From an uncultured Candidatus Saccharibacteria bacterium (GTDB taxonomy: Bacteria; Patescibacteriota; Minisyncoccia; Phycocordibacterales; PALSA-1337): a DNA stretch of 64,000 bases. Both the position numbers and the translations under genes were made by a program. Every line of letters starts with the position of its first letter. Positions within the stretch are counted from its first letter, which is position 1. Positions 1 to 9,821 of this stretch are shown here, piece after piece. The notes below the pieces were generated by a model that saw only the letters and a program-made list of their open reading frames with translations, was not told the DNA's origin and searched no databases. Location: the NCBI GenBank assembly GCA_964596595.1, contig CAZQUI010000001.1, forward strand, positions 15,817 through 79,816. Direction: 5' to 3'.

Positions 1-457
1 GTATCGTATTTATCATACAATCCTGATACCATTTTTTTACGAATGGTATAAGCTAATTGCAAAAGCTCTGGAGCACCTTCAGAAATAACTGAAGAGCCAG
101 CATCAGTGATAATTTTCTTTAGGGATTCTGCTTCAGCCGGAACTTTTTCTTCAGGAACCGAAGAAGCGATGAGGTACCCTATCTCATAGACCGATAAACG
201 GTCATCTTGAATATCATTCATGATTTTTGTTGTGCAGTCAGTGATTCACGAGGAATATAGTATGAGATATTCTTTGTGAAACCCCCTACGAACCCGTTGA
301 GGGACTTACTGCGATTATTATAATACAATTATGAGACTACCACAGGATTTTATATGTAGCAATAGATGGCAAAGTTCGGGGCCTTTATACAATATATAAA
401 CCCAAAATGAATTCTTTATGAATTTTGTCTAAATTTATAATGAAATCAATCAATAAA

Positions 458-1252
458 CTATAAACCAAAGAAATTTTTAGCGTTTTCCACAAGCTTTTCA
501 CAAGTTACTAACAGGTTTTCCCCTTTTATATCAGATATTCTTTTAGCAACTTCAATAACATAACTCGGCTCATTCCTCTTCCCTCTATATGGAACAGGTG
601 AAACAAAGGGGCAATCTGTCTCTGACATAATATTGCTCATTGGTATAAATTTAACCAGCTCATCATAATCTGAAGTAAAAGTTAAAACTCCCGTAAAAGA
701 CATTGTGCCATTTATTTCTAAAATAGATTTAGCATCATCTAGGGTACCCACAAAAAAATGAAAATTAGCTCTAACTTTTGAATATTGTTTTAATAATTCC
801 ACCACTTCTTGATACGCTGCTGTATTATTTTTTCCATTTCTCACATGAAGCATCAATGGTTTATTGAGTTGATTAGCTACTAAAATATGTTCTATAAAAA
901 CTCTTTTTTGTTCAATAATCTCTTCTGGTTTTGAGTGAAAATAATCCAGGCCACACTCTCCTAAAGCTACTACTTTAGGGTGCTGCGCAAGTTCTAGAAG
1001 TTGATGCTTAAACTTTCCCATCTCTACTGATGTAAGAGCCGACTGACTTCCCGCTTCTACAGGATGCATACCAACTGCGGTCCATACATTTTCATATTTC
1101 TCTGCTAATTTTATAGCCTGTTGTGAAGAGTGTAGGTCTGTTCCCACTATAATCATTCCGATTTCTGCATCTGCCGCTCTTTGAAAAACTTCCTCCCTAT
1201 CCAAATCATAATCAGAAAAATTTATATGCCCATGAATATCTATGTATTTCAT
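458..1252 (-). CDS. tatD: TatD-family metal-dependent hydrolase (DNase)
   Basis: 264-aa ORF with the N-terminal 'IDIHGHINF' metal-binding His pair and 'LHVRNG'/'FHFFVG' blocks typical of the TatD TIM-barrel hydrolase family. Confidence 0.8.
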   Translation of the reverse strand: MKYIDIHGHINFSDYDLDREEVFQRAADAEIGMIIVGTDLHSSQQAIKLAEKYENVWTAVGMHPVEAGSQSALTSVEMGKFKHQLLELAQHPKVVALGECGLDYFHSKPEEIIEQKRVFIEHILVANQLNKPLMLHVRNGKNNTAAYQEVVELLKQYSKVRANFHFFVGTLDDAKSILEINGTMSFTGVLTFTSDYDELVKFIPMSNIMSETDCPFVSPVPYRGKRNEPSYVIEVAKRISDIKGENLLVTCEKLVENAKNFFGL

Positions 1253-1269
1253 AATTTAACAGTATAACA

Positions 1270-1310
1270 AAAGTCCCGTCACTATTTCCCATTAGGTGAC
1301 GGGACTATTG
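1270..1310 (-). terminator. Intrinsic terminator downstream of metG
   Basis: Perfect 11-bp inverted repeat agtcccgtcac/gtgacgggact (1273-1308) followed on the minus strand by a T-run (ttttgttatact). Confidence 0.5.
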
Positions 1311-1487
1311 ATCATTATTTGCTAGTATCGATGTTTAGTCCCAATTCGTCTCAAGACATCAATCGATTGCGCAACCAATCTTGATTTAAGACAGGCCACC
1401 AGGAAACTAGCTTTTTTATTTTGAGCGCTCTATTTCCCAATAACAGGATGTCATATTCATTAAAGTTAATCAACTCTGACCTAAAAA

Positions 1488-2951
1488 CTACCTTCTCATG
1501 AACAATGGTTTCTCTGGCATTTTATTTTCTTTGATGAGATTTTGAATTGTTACAGCCGTCTCAGGTAAAAATGGTTCAAGTTTTACAGCGATTTTAAATA
1601 AACTACTCAACATAGAATGAAGATCTTTTTTCGCCTCTTCAGGATCGGTCTTTATTTTCTTAAAGGGTTCAGTGCGTTGAATATGTTCATCTAACATTGA
1701 AATATCTTTCCAGATTTCATCTATTATCTTGGACAAATCGAAAGATTCAAAAGTTTTCTCTACTTTTGTAGCATCAGAATAATAATTTGCTATTTTTTCT
1801 TCATCGTTAAGAGTAATACCGTTGGTTGTAGACATTTTCAGTATCCTACTAGTGAGATTACCGATACCATTTGCCAAATGGGCATTGTAAGCATCTTTAA
1901 ATTTATCTAAAGTAAATGGACTATCCTCAAAAGCCGTAAGTTCTCGTAAAAGATAATACCTCAAGGCATCAGTTCCATATTCTTTAACGAGCTCAAAAGG
2001 ATCGACGGTATTACCCAAAGACTTTGACATCTTTATGCCACCTTCTCCTGTAATAAAGCCATTGATGATAATAGTTTTAGTAGGAGGTAAATCAGCAGCC
2101 ATGAGCATTGCTTGCCACATAGCTGATTGTTGACGAAGATTATCTTTGCCACAATATTGAACAATACCTCCTTGTTCTTTAGAATTTGTATTCCAATATT
2201 TTTTAAACTGAGTTTCATTTTCTGGCCAACCAAGTGTCGAAACGTAATTTACCAAAGCATCAAACCAAACATACATAACCTGAGTAGGATCACCTGGCAC
2301 AGAAACTCCCCACGGCATCTTTGAGGCTAAACGTGAGATACTAAAATCTTCCAAACCACGAGCCACAAAAGCTTTTATTTCATTAAAACGAAAATCCGGA
2401 ATAACAAGTGTTGGATTTTTTTCATAAAGATCCAAAAGTTTATCTTTAAAACTACTAAACTTAAAAAAATAATTCTCTTCATCAATTATCTCTAACTGTT
2501 GCAATGGATGTAATGGACAATGATCCTCAACAAGTTCTGATTCTGTTTTTTCAAGCTCACAACCAACACAATATTTTATGGAATATGTTTTTTTATAAAT
2601 ATAACCGTTTTTCTCTACCCTTTTCCAAAATTCAGCCGCAGCTTGTTTATGATGTGCATCTGAAGTTCGAATAAAATTTATATCTGAACTAATACCAAGT
2701 ACAGGTAAAAGTTCTTTGTATTTTAGAGCTAGACTATCGACGTACACCTGAGTATCCAAACCTTGTTCCTTGGCTTTACGATAGATCTTGAGACCATGTT
2801 CATCAGTTCCAGTATTAAAAAACACATCATAACCAGCCAGCTTATGAACTCGAGCAATAGCATCAGCACGAATAATTTCCATAGCAAAGCCAATATGAGG
2901 TTCAGCGTTTACATAAGGAAGGGTCGTTGTGATATAGAATGTCTTGGACAT
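1488..2951 (-). CDS. metG: Methionyl-tRNA synthetase, short form without C-terminal tRNA-binding domain
   Basis: Class I aaRS signatures 'PYVNAEPHIGFA' (HIGH) and 'KMSKSLGN'. A CxxC...CPLH zinc knuckle is present. The 487-aa length implies no C-terminal EMAP/Trbp domain. Confidence 0.9.
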   Translation of the reverse strand: MSKTFYITTTLPYVNAEPHIGFAMEIIRADAIARVHKLAGYDVFFNTGTDEHGLKIYRKAKEQGLDTQVYVDSLALKYKELLPVLGISSDINFIRTSDAHHKQAAAEFWKRVEKNGYIYKKTYSIKYCVGCELEKTESELVEDHCPLHPLQQLEIIDEENYFFKFSSFKDKLLDLYEKNPTLVIPDFRFNEIKAFVARGLEDFSISRLASKMPWGVSVPGDPTQVMYVWFDALVNYVSTLGWPENETQFKKYWNTNSKEQGGIVQYCGKDNLRQQSAMWQAMLMAADLPPTKTIIINGFITGEGGIKMSKSLGNTVDPFELVKEYGTDALRYYLLRELTAFEDSPFTLDKFKDAYNAHLANGIGNLTSRILKMSTTNGITLNDEEKIANYYSDATKVEKTFESFDLSKIIDEIWKDISMLDEHIQRTEPFKKIKTDPEEAKKDLHSMLSSLFKIAVKLEPFLPETAVTIQNLIKENKMPEKPLFMRR

Positions 2952-3057
2952 ACAAAAAACAGTCTAGCGCAGAAAGCCAAAAAACGGAAACGGCTGATGT
3001 ATGCAAAACAATACTTACAAAATTGTTTTATAAGATATTTATAGTTATGATAATAGG

Positions 3058-3324
3058 ATGAAAAATAAATATATAACTTTATGTACAATTTCTTACATAG
3101 CAGCTATTATCTGGTTCTATTCGGCTAATGAATCTTTGCTTTATCATTACCCACGATCAGTAATAGGTCTTAGTATTTTATTAATATTGGTCGGCATTAT
3201 TTTAGGTGTTAAGAGTGTTAACAAAAAAGAAACTGGATGGATTGGTCGCATTGATATAATCATTGGGATAATTCTTTTACTTATCTTTATTTTTTATCTC
3301 ACCCTCGGCTTATCCTCTATATAA
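3058..3324 (+). CDS. Small 2-TM membrane protein, paralog 1 of 3
   Basis: 88 aa with two hydrophobic helices and the conserved 'LLILVGIILGVKSVNKKETGWIGRI' block shared with the two downstream paralogs. Confidence 0.5.
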   Translation: MKNKYITLCTISYIAAIIWFYSANESLLYHYPRSVIGLSILLILVGIILGVKSVNKKETGWIGRIDIIIGIILLLIFIFYLTLGLSSI

Positions 3325-3396
3325 AAAGAGCCCCCTATTTAGAATAACTGCCCTGCTCAAATTGTTTTGTTGGATGTTTATAGGTATGATTAAGGA

Positions 3397-3660
3397 ATGA
3401 AGAAATATAATAAAATACTTATCTCATTGACCTTATATATAATTACCATACTATGGTTCTTTTACTCTCTGCAATGGAATTATTACAATCCATGGTTATC
3501 AGACGGTCTTAACATTTTATTATTACTAATTGGCATTACTTTGAGCGTGAAGAGTGTTAACAGCAAAGAAACATCATGGGGTGGTCGTATCGTTATTGTT
3601 ATTGGTTTAATCCTACTTCTTCTTTCAACTATTGCTTTGCAACTAGAACTTTCTCTTTAA
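3397..3660 (+). CDS. Small 2-TM membrane protein, paralog 2 of 3
   Basis: 87 aa with the same architecture and the 'GITLSVKSVNSKETSWGGRI' motif. About 50 bp upstream (caaattgttttgttggatgtttataggtatgattaaggaatgaagaaatat) is duplicated before paralog 3. Confidence 0.5.
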   Translation: MKKYNKILISLTLYIITILWFFYSLQWNYYNPWLSDGLNILLLLIGITLSVKSVNSKETSWGGRIVIVIGLILLLLSTIALQLELSL

Positions 3661-3767
3661 TAGTATTAAAAAAATAATCTAATAATATTTAATAAAAATG
3701 GTCCACCATTCAGCATACCTACCATAACCAAATTGTTTTATTGGATGTTTATAGTTATGATTAAGGA

Positions 3768-4034
3768 ATGAAGAAATATTTATTAATAACTATATCCTTT
3801 TATATTGCTACGGTTTTTTTATTTTTGACACCTACTAAAAATTTTATTCTTAAATACCCATTTTTAGATAAAACAATTGTCATATTTAGCATTTTACTTA
3901 CTTTAATGGGAATTTCCTTTGGAATTAAAAGTGTTAACATCAAGGAATCAGAAGGATGGGGCAAAATCCTGATAATAACTGGCACCTTAATGCTTCTACC
4001 ATTATTACTTTTGCTTATGTTGGCGAGAATATAA
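3768..4034 (+). CDS. Small 2-TM membrane protein, paralog 3 of 3
   Basis: 88 aa with the 'GISFGIKSVNIKESEGWGKI' motif and the same duplicated upstream block. Confidence 0.5.
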   Translation: MKKYLLITISFYIATVFLFLTPTKNFILKYPFLDKTIVIFSILLTLMGISFGIKSVNIKESEGWGKILIITGTLMLLPLLLLLMLARI

Positions 4035-4082
4035 TAAATAAAAAGAGCCCACCGAAGTGAGCTCTGTGAGAACTATAAAGAA

Positions 4083-6644
4083 CTAATTTGGAGCTACTAC
4101 TCGATAGAACCGCCGAACATTGTTTGTTGAATTCTTGTCATAGAACCGCACTGTACCGTTCGTATTGAGCAAGGATGCGATAGTTATCCAGTCAATGAAG
4201 TTAGTGGTGGCTTGAACATTGTATTCAAAACCTGATTGACCACTTAACTCATACGTATGTAATCCATTTGTTACACCAATCATCGCCAAAGAGAATGGTT
4301 GTGTTACCCCGCTTGCCGTTACGGTAACATTTGTCACGACTACAACTGACTGAATTTCACTAAATGGATCAAGTCGGAATCCAAGACCGTGCATGGTGTC
4401 ACTTGAAGCGGTCGGGAATTTAAACGAATAGCGCTGTAATCCATCTTGCACAGCTTGTTCATCTATCGAGCCAATGTTGTCTCCATCCCAATAAACTGAT
4501 AGCAACCCCACAGCAGCATTATTGGTACTTTGGAAGTCTGCTTCAAAAGAAACTATGTTGGCAACATTACTAACCGTAACAAATGTAACTAACCATACAG
4601 GAGAACCAGTTACGGCTTTGATACTTCCATTTGGATACTTATCAATTGTGCCTGTAGTACTTTGTGCTGCCGGACTATTAAACAGATCTAGTGGAGATGA
4701 AGGATATGTTGGCACAGGAATATCCAAGAAACATTTCAAATCAGGGACACCGAGCTCTTTTAATGGAACAGGATTTCCAACTCTTCCATTTCCGACTAAG
4801 TAATTAGCCGTAGCATTAGCATAGTTTCCTCCAATCTTACTTAATGGAAAACCGTAACCTTGATAATCCAAGGTTGCTGTTCCAACGATTGTGTTCTGAT
4901 AGAAAGTAATTGGCCAATCATGTTTAGATTTTGTCTGGTAACATGGTGTATCACTTCCAGTTACAAAATGATCTTGTTTGACTTTGTTTAGGTCAAGTTG
5001 AGTAACATCTACATTGTAAGTATGAGGCATTATAAATTGGGTAAAAGGTAAACCCTTACCGAATCCTGTATCCCCATCATCTTGTGTAAAGTAATTATCA
5101 GACCAATCAGCCCCTTTTCCATACACAGCTGCTCCTGAACCAGTTACTCCAACGTAAGGATCCAGGAAAGTCTCATGGATAACAACTGATGGATTGTTAG
5201 CCTTTATCAGGTCAGTGGCTGTCTGGATCAAGGCTGAACCTGCACTATGTGCGATGAAGTGTATATTGGTATATCCCTGGGCAATAATTTGACGACCAAG
5301 TTTTACACCTTGCTGTTTTGCGTTTCTTAATGCAGTTTGAGGTCCACCTTTAATCAAAGGAATATTTGCCCCTTCAATCCACATATACCCCAACACTTGC
5401 CAATTATTTATATTACCAGAATTCAAATAATCAGCTATTGCAGTAGTCATGGTATTAACCCATGCAGTAGAAACATTAGGATCATCACCAGTAGGTATCC
5501 GACCATGCGTCACAACCACCAAACTATCCTTACTATCCTCTTTGATCAGAACATTTCCATACACCGGTTGAGTTGGCTCTACTTTGATAGCGGCAAGTGA
5601 TTCGGTAAAAGGAACAGGATTTAACAAAACCGCCCTTTGTTGACCAAACGGACTAGTGCCCCAACCGACAATTTGACCACTGTTATTGATCGCATTGGCA
5701 AAACTGATGACCCATCCTGAATTGGTAACAACAAGTAGATCATTTAAGTCTTTCATGGAACCATTTGAATACAAGAAAGCTCTCAAGATCGGAGAGCCAC
5801 TAGAATGAGCGTTGCCTACAATTTCTCCACTGTCATTTATACCCAATGCACTACTATTATTACCTCCCAGTGTGCCTAGGTCTTTGATTTCCCCTGCTGA
5901 GTAAAGAAAAGCATGCATAAAACCATTATTTGGTAATTGCGATCTCCCTACTACTTGCCCATGACTATTTAGAGCATTGGCTGTACTAAAGTTTCCACCC
6001 AAAGTACCGAGATCACGCATACTTCCATTTTCATATAGAAATGCATGATATTCTCGAGAATTTAAGGCAGCAAATCCAACGATTTGTCCGTTATTGTTTA
6101 TCGCACTGGCTTCACTTGTAACTCCACCAAAAGTTCCAAGATCTTTGATCGTTCCTGATTGAGACAAAAAAGAACGAGTGTACTGACTGCCACTAGGTAT
6201 AAATTTACCAACTATCTCTCCTTGATTATTTATTCCTGCAGCTTGAGAATAAAGATTCTCTAACGTATCAACATACTGCATACTCCCTCCTGAGGATAGA
6301 AATGCAGTAATAAATCCGTTAAAAGGGTGTCGCCCATAACCAACAATTTCACTCTTATCATTTAGACCCAAGACAACAGTGTTATCACTTCCACAACAAA
6401 ATGTACCGATATCTCTTATCGAACCTTTGGAATAAAGAAAAGAGCGAATACTATCACCCGTTCCGGAGTAATATCCAACAACTTCACCTTTACTGTTAAT
6501 TGCGACTGCGCTACTACCAGAGTCCCCCAATATACCCAGGTCGATAACATGGTATCTTCTCTCTAGCTGTTGTCCTTGAACAAGAAAATTAATTGCAAAA
6601 AAGATACACACAACGAATGCAACCAACTTAATAACTTTTTTCAT
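4083..6644 (-). CDS. Secreted giant protein with N-terminal HAF-type repeats and a central alpha/beta-hydrolase (lipase-like) domain
   Basis: Signal/TM N-terminus (MKKVIKLVAFVVCIFFAINFL). At least six repeats of the form 'HAFLY.NGSM.DLGTLGG..S.A..IN..GQ.VG' match the HAF extracellular repeat pattern. 'FIAHSAGSALI' provides a GxSxG-type nucleophile elbow. About 300 aa of unassigned C-terminus follow. Confidence 0.6.
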   Translation of the reverse strand: MKKVIKLVAFVVCIFFAINFLVQGQQLERRYHVIDLGILGDSGSSAVAINSKGEVVGYYSGTGDSIRSFLYSKGSIRDIGTFCCGSDNTVVLGLNDKSEIVGYGRHPFNGFITAFLSSGGSMQYVDTLENLYSQAAGINNQGEIVGKFIPSGSQYTRSFLSQSGTIKDLGTFGGVTSEASAINNNGQIVGFAALNSREYHAFLYENGSMRDLGTLGGNFSTANALNSHGQVVGRSQLPNNGFMHAFLYSAGEIKDLGTLGGNNSSALGINDSGEIVGNAHSSGSPILRAFLYSNGSMKDLNDLLVVTNSGWVISFANAINNSGQIVGWGTSPFGQQRAVLLNPVPFTESLAAIKVEPTQPVYGNVLIKEDSKDSLVVVTHGRIPTGDDPNVSTAWVNTMTTAIADYLNSGNINNWQVLGYMWIEGANIPLIKGGPQTALRNAKQQGVKLGRQIIAQGYTNIHFIAHSAGSALIQTATDLIKANNPSVVIHETFLDPYVGVTGSGAAVYGKGADWSDNYFTQDDGDTGFGKGLPFTQFIMPHTYNVDVTQLDLNKVKQDHFVTGSDTPCYQTKSKHDWPITFYQNTIVGTATLDYQGYGFPLSKIGGNYANATANYLVGNGRVGNPVPLKELGVPDLKCFLDIPVPTYPSSPLDLFNSPAAQSTTGTIDKYPNGSIKAVTGSPVWLVTFVTVSNVANIVSFEADFQSTNNAAVGLLSVYWDGDNIGSIDEQAVQDGLQRYSFKFPTASSDTMHGLGFRLDPFSEIQSVVVVTNVTVTASGVTQPFSLAMIGVTNGLHTYELSGQSGFEYNVQATTNFIDWITIASLLNTNGTVRFYDKNSTNNVRRFYRVVAPN

Positions 6645-6750
6645 ACTTACACCTTTCTTTTTTTATTTGATTGTCAAAAATAATACAACAAACGTATTAC
6701 CGAACAATAAGTTCTATTCGGAGTGTATACTATAGTTGGCAGATGGTCAA

Positions 6751-7794
6751 TTATACCTTGACCTCTTTTTTACCTTTTTCTATATCGTTTACGTACTCCA
6801 TAAAAGCAGCAGAAAGTGGTACGGCTATTAGAGCCCCAAGTACCCCTGCAAGTTTGGCGCCAATTACCAAAGCTAAAATAACAATAATTGGTGATATGCC
6901 GACAATTTTACGAACCACTAAAGGATAGAAGAAATGATTTTCTATTTGCTGAATAAGAACATACAATCCAATAACCAAAAGACCTGTTCCTGTACCTGCA
7001 GATGTAAAAGCCACCAAAGCAGCTGGTACCGCTGCAATAAAAGGTCCGAAAAGTGGAATTATTTCTAAAACGGCAGCAAATATAGCCAAGAGTAAAGCAT
7101 GCTTTATACCAACAATAACCAACATAAGATAGACCAAGACGCCTACGATAAGACCCAGAATAACCTGTCCTTGCAACCAAAGACCGATCTTACGGCGTGA
7201 ACGTTTCCAAAGTCCAATGATATATTCATGCCTATGAATAGGCGTGATAATACGCAAAAAATCATCAACACCTTCACCTTTTGCAGCCAAGTAAAAAGAG
7301 AGAGCGAGAATTAAAATAAATGACAATATTCCTCCAGATACAATACTGACAGTCTGAAAAGCATCAGCTCTGTTGCCTACAAAAAATGATTGTATTCCCG
7401 TAATAAAATCTGATATAGCAATCGTATGTCCACCCAAAGTACCGGTACCACCACCAATATCACCCAGAGGACTCCAGAGCTGTTGCAAAGAAATTGTTTG
7501 AGGTAAGTTACTTATAAAACCAGCAACTTCTTCCAAAACTTTTGGTACAAAAAATATTGTTGCTCCTGCTAAAATAATAGCAATAATAGCGTACATTATA
7601 ATTACACTAACAATACGATTTAAACCGAATCTATTGAAACGTCTAACTACCGGCTCTAATGCTGATGCAATTACTATAGCTGCCAATACTGCCAATACAA
7701 TATCAAAAAGAAAATACAAACTAACAATTAGAACTGCGACAGCAAAAAAACGAACGATTGTGCCAGTGGAGATTGAAATAGTGGAATTATTCAT
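6751..7794 (-). CDS. AI-2E family transporter (PerM/UPF0118) membrane protein
   Basis: 347 aa, polytopic. The N-terminus 'IVLAVLAAIVIASALEPVVRRF' and the overall hydrophobicity profile are typical of AI-2E/YdiK-type permeases. Confidence 0.7.
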   Translation of the reverse strand: MNNSTISISTGTIVRFFAVAVLIVSLYFLFDIVLAVLAAIVIASALEPVVRRFNRFGLNRIVSVIIMYAIIAIILAGATIFFVPKVLEEVAGFISNLPQTISLQQLWSPLGDIGGGTGTLGGHTIAISDFITGIQSFFVGNRADAFQTVSIVSGGILSFILILALSFYLAAKGEGVDDFLRIITPIHRHEYIIGLWKRSRRKIGLWLQGQVILGLIVGVLVYLMLVIVGIKHALLLAIFAAVLEIIPLFGPFIAAVPAALVAFTSAGTGTGLLVIGLYVLIQQIENHFFYPLVVRKIVGISPIIVILALVIGAKLAGVLGALIAVPLSAAFMEYVNDIEKGKKEVKV

Positions 7795-7870
7795 AAATAT
7801 AATTTACGTAACCTCTGCAAAAAATATTCAAAATTAACGTTAAACTATTTGCAGTATAACTTAGTGGCCA

Positions 7871-9145
7871 CTAAGAACCAAGAGTAAAATATTCTTTAAA
7901 TCGATTCTCATCTTTTATTTTACCTACTATGGCCATGTTTAAATTTTTATCAACAAATATTTCCTGAGCTAATTTTTGTATATCTAAAGCGGTTACTTTA
8001 CGAATCTTGGCTAAAATTTCCTCCAAAGAATCCACCTTCCCTTTTATAACTTCTTGAGAACCAAAAAATTCCGATCGAGCTTCTGAAGTTTCTAATTCCA
8101 ACATACTAGTCCCCGCGATATTATCCTTGGCTTTTTGTAATTCAACCTCCGAAACCAATTCATCTTTAAATCTTCGACATTCCTCTAAAATACCCTTTAT
8201 AGCTTCATCTATGCGAGAAACATCAACACCAGCAGAGATTGAAAGATCGCCATGATCGGTAGATAAGTTTGCTCCAGCATTTATATAATAACAAATACCT
8301 AACTGATCCCTCATTTTAGAAAACAAACGTGAACTCATACCCTTACCCAAAATAGTAGATAGAACATTTAAAGTTGGTGCCCTCTGATCAAAAATAGAAA
8401 AAGTTCTAACAGCCATAGCTATGTGCGTTTGATCTGTTTCTTTAAATTTTAATTTGATAGCGGAAACACTTTGATTTTCAATAACAGGCTTTTTATTTTG
8501 TTTAGGTGAAATTTTTATATTTCCAAAATATTTTTCTATTTTTGAAGTAATAGTATTTTCATCAAAGGACCCCGAGACTACTACAGTAGTAGCATTACTA
8601 ACATAGTGAGCATTACGATAAGATATCAACTGTTCACGCGTAAACGAACGCACATTTGATTCTGTTCCGGCTATATTCCATCCCGCTGGTTGATCACCGT
8701 GCATGAGCGTGTTTAATACATCTTGTACATCACGATTTGGCATATCTTGATACATACGAATTTCTTCGACGATCACCCCTTTTTCTTTTTCGATCTCAGT
8801 AGTTTCAAAAAGAGGATTGAGGTATAAATCAGATACAATATCCAAAACTTCATCAAGTTTATTTGATGATACTTTTGCGTAATACCCAGTAAGTTCTTGA
8901 CCGGTAAAAGCATTGTAATGCGCCCCAAAAGAATCGAGCTCTCGAGAAATATCAATTGCTTTTGGTCGCTTTGGTGTACCCTTGAAAACCATGTGTTCCA
9001 AAAAATGAGACAAGCCACTAATCTCTTTGGTTTCGTATTTGGAACCAGCTTCAACCATAACCAAAACCGTCACCGAGGGATTATCGATCATTGGTACTGT
9101 AATCAGGCGTAGACCATTGGCAAGAATAGTTTTATTAAATTTCAT
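7871..9145 (-). CDS. M16-family zinc peptidase (insulinase-like)
   Basis: Inverted zinc motif 'HFLEHMVFKGT' (HxxEH) near the N-terminus; 424 aa. Confidence 0.8.
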   Translation of the reverse strand: MKFNKTILANGLRLITVPMIDNPSVTVLVMVEAGSKYETKEISGLSHFLEHMVFKGTPKRPKAIDISRELDSFGAHYNAFTGQELTGYYAKVSSNKLDEVLDIVSDLYLNPLFETTEIEKEKGVIVEEIRMYQDMPNRDVQDVLNTLMHGDQPAGWNIAGTESNVRSFTREQLISYRNAHYVSNATTVVVSGSFDENTITSKIEKYFGNIKISPKQNKKPVIENQSVSAIKLKFKETDQTHIAMAVRTFSIFDQRAPTLNVLSTILGKGMSSRLFSKMRDQLGICYYINAGANLSTDHGDLSISAGVDVSRIDEAIKGILEECRRFKDELVSEVELQKAKDNIAGTSMLELETSEARSEFFGSQEVIKGKVDSLEEILAKIRKVTALDIQKLAQEIFVDKNLNMAIVGKIKDENRFKEYFTLGS

Positions 9146-9181
9146 AAGTTTAATCTAACAGAAAAGGAGGAATTGATCTAA

Positions 9182-9817
9182 TTATTTCACCTCAACACTC
9201 TCTCCATCCTCCAAAGTAATAAAGTTAATACCATTTTCAGAAAGAATCTTTTCTGGCAACAAATGTTGAGATGGTATTGAAACAGCATCATGAACTGGAA
9301 AAACAATTTTTGGTTTTATTTCCAAAGCATAATCAATCGCTTCGGAAATTTTCATCCATGGGCCAGCTACCGGAAGTGCCAATGCATCTATCTTTTTACC
9401 CGGAACCGTAAAAGCATCTCCTGGATAGAAAAATTTATCTTGAATTAAAAAACCCACATTAGAGATAGTTGGAACTGAACTATGAAAAGAAGCATGGTGT
9501 TTACCATAAACTTCAATTCTTACCCCTTTCACTTCTACTTGATTACCATGACTCATCACACGATGAATAACACCCTCTTCTGATAACATTTCTCCGACGA
9601 CATCATTTGTTATAACTACTGCGTCTGGAGAACGTTTTACTAATTCTTTAACTGAAGCTACATGAAAATGATCTGCATGTTCATGCGTTATCAGAATGAT
9701 ATCGATATGCTTAATCTTGCTATGCTCTTCTACACTATAAGAACCAGGGTCAACTAAAATCTTTATTTTATTTATATCAATAAGCAAACAACAGTGTGAA
9801 AGTTTTTTTATTTTCAT
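9182..9817 (-). CDS. MBL-fold metallo-hydrolase
   Basis: 'ILITHEHADHF' HxHxDH metallo-beta-lactamase motif; 211 aa. Confidence 0.7.
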   Translation of the reverse strand: MKIKKLSHCCLLIDINKIKILVDPGSYSVEEHSKIKHIDIILITHEHADHFHVASVKELVKRSPDAVVITNDVVGEMLSEEGVIHRVMSHGNQVEVKGVRIEVYGKHHASFHSSVPTISNVGFLIQDKFFYPGDAFTVPGKKIDALALPVAGPWMKISEAIDYALEIKPKIVFPVHDAVSIPSQHLLPEKILSENGINFITLEDGESVEVK

Positions 9818-9821
9818 AAAA

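Noticed and set aside
2033-2324. Antisense and overlapping small ORFs within metG (2033-2233 -, 2127-2324 +), and similar 60-120-aa ORFs nested in ileS, argS, glyS, polA and the HAF protein gene.
   Set aside because: They lie wholly within long, homology-supported genes, with AT-rich low-complexity translations typical of six-frame artefacts.
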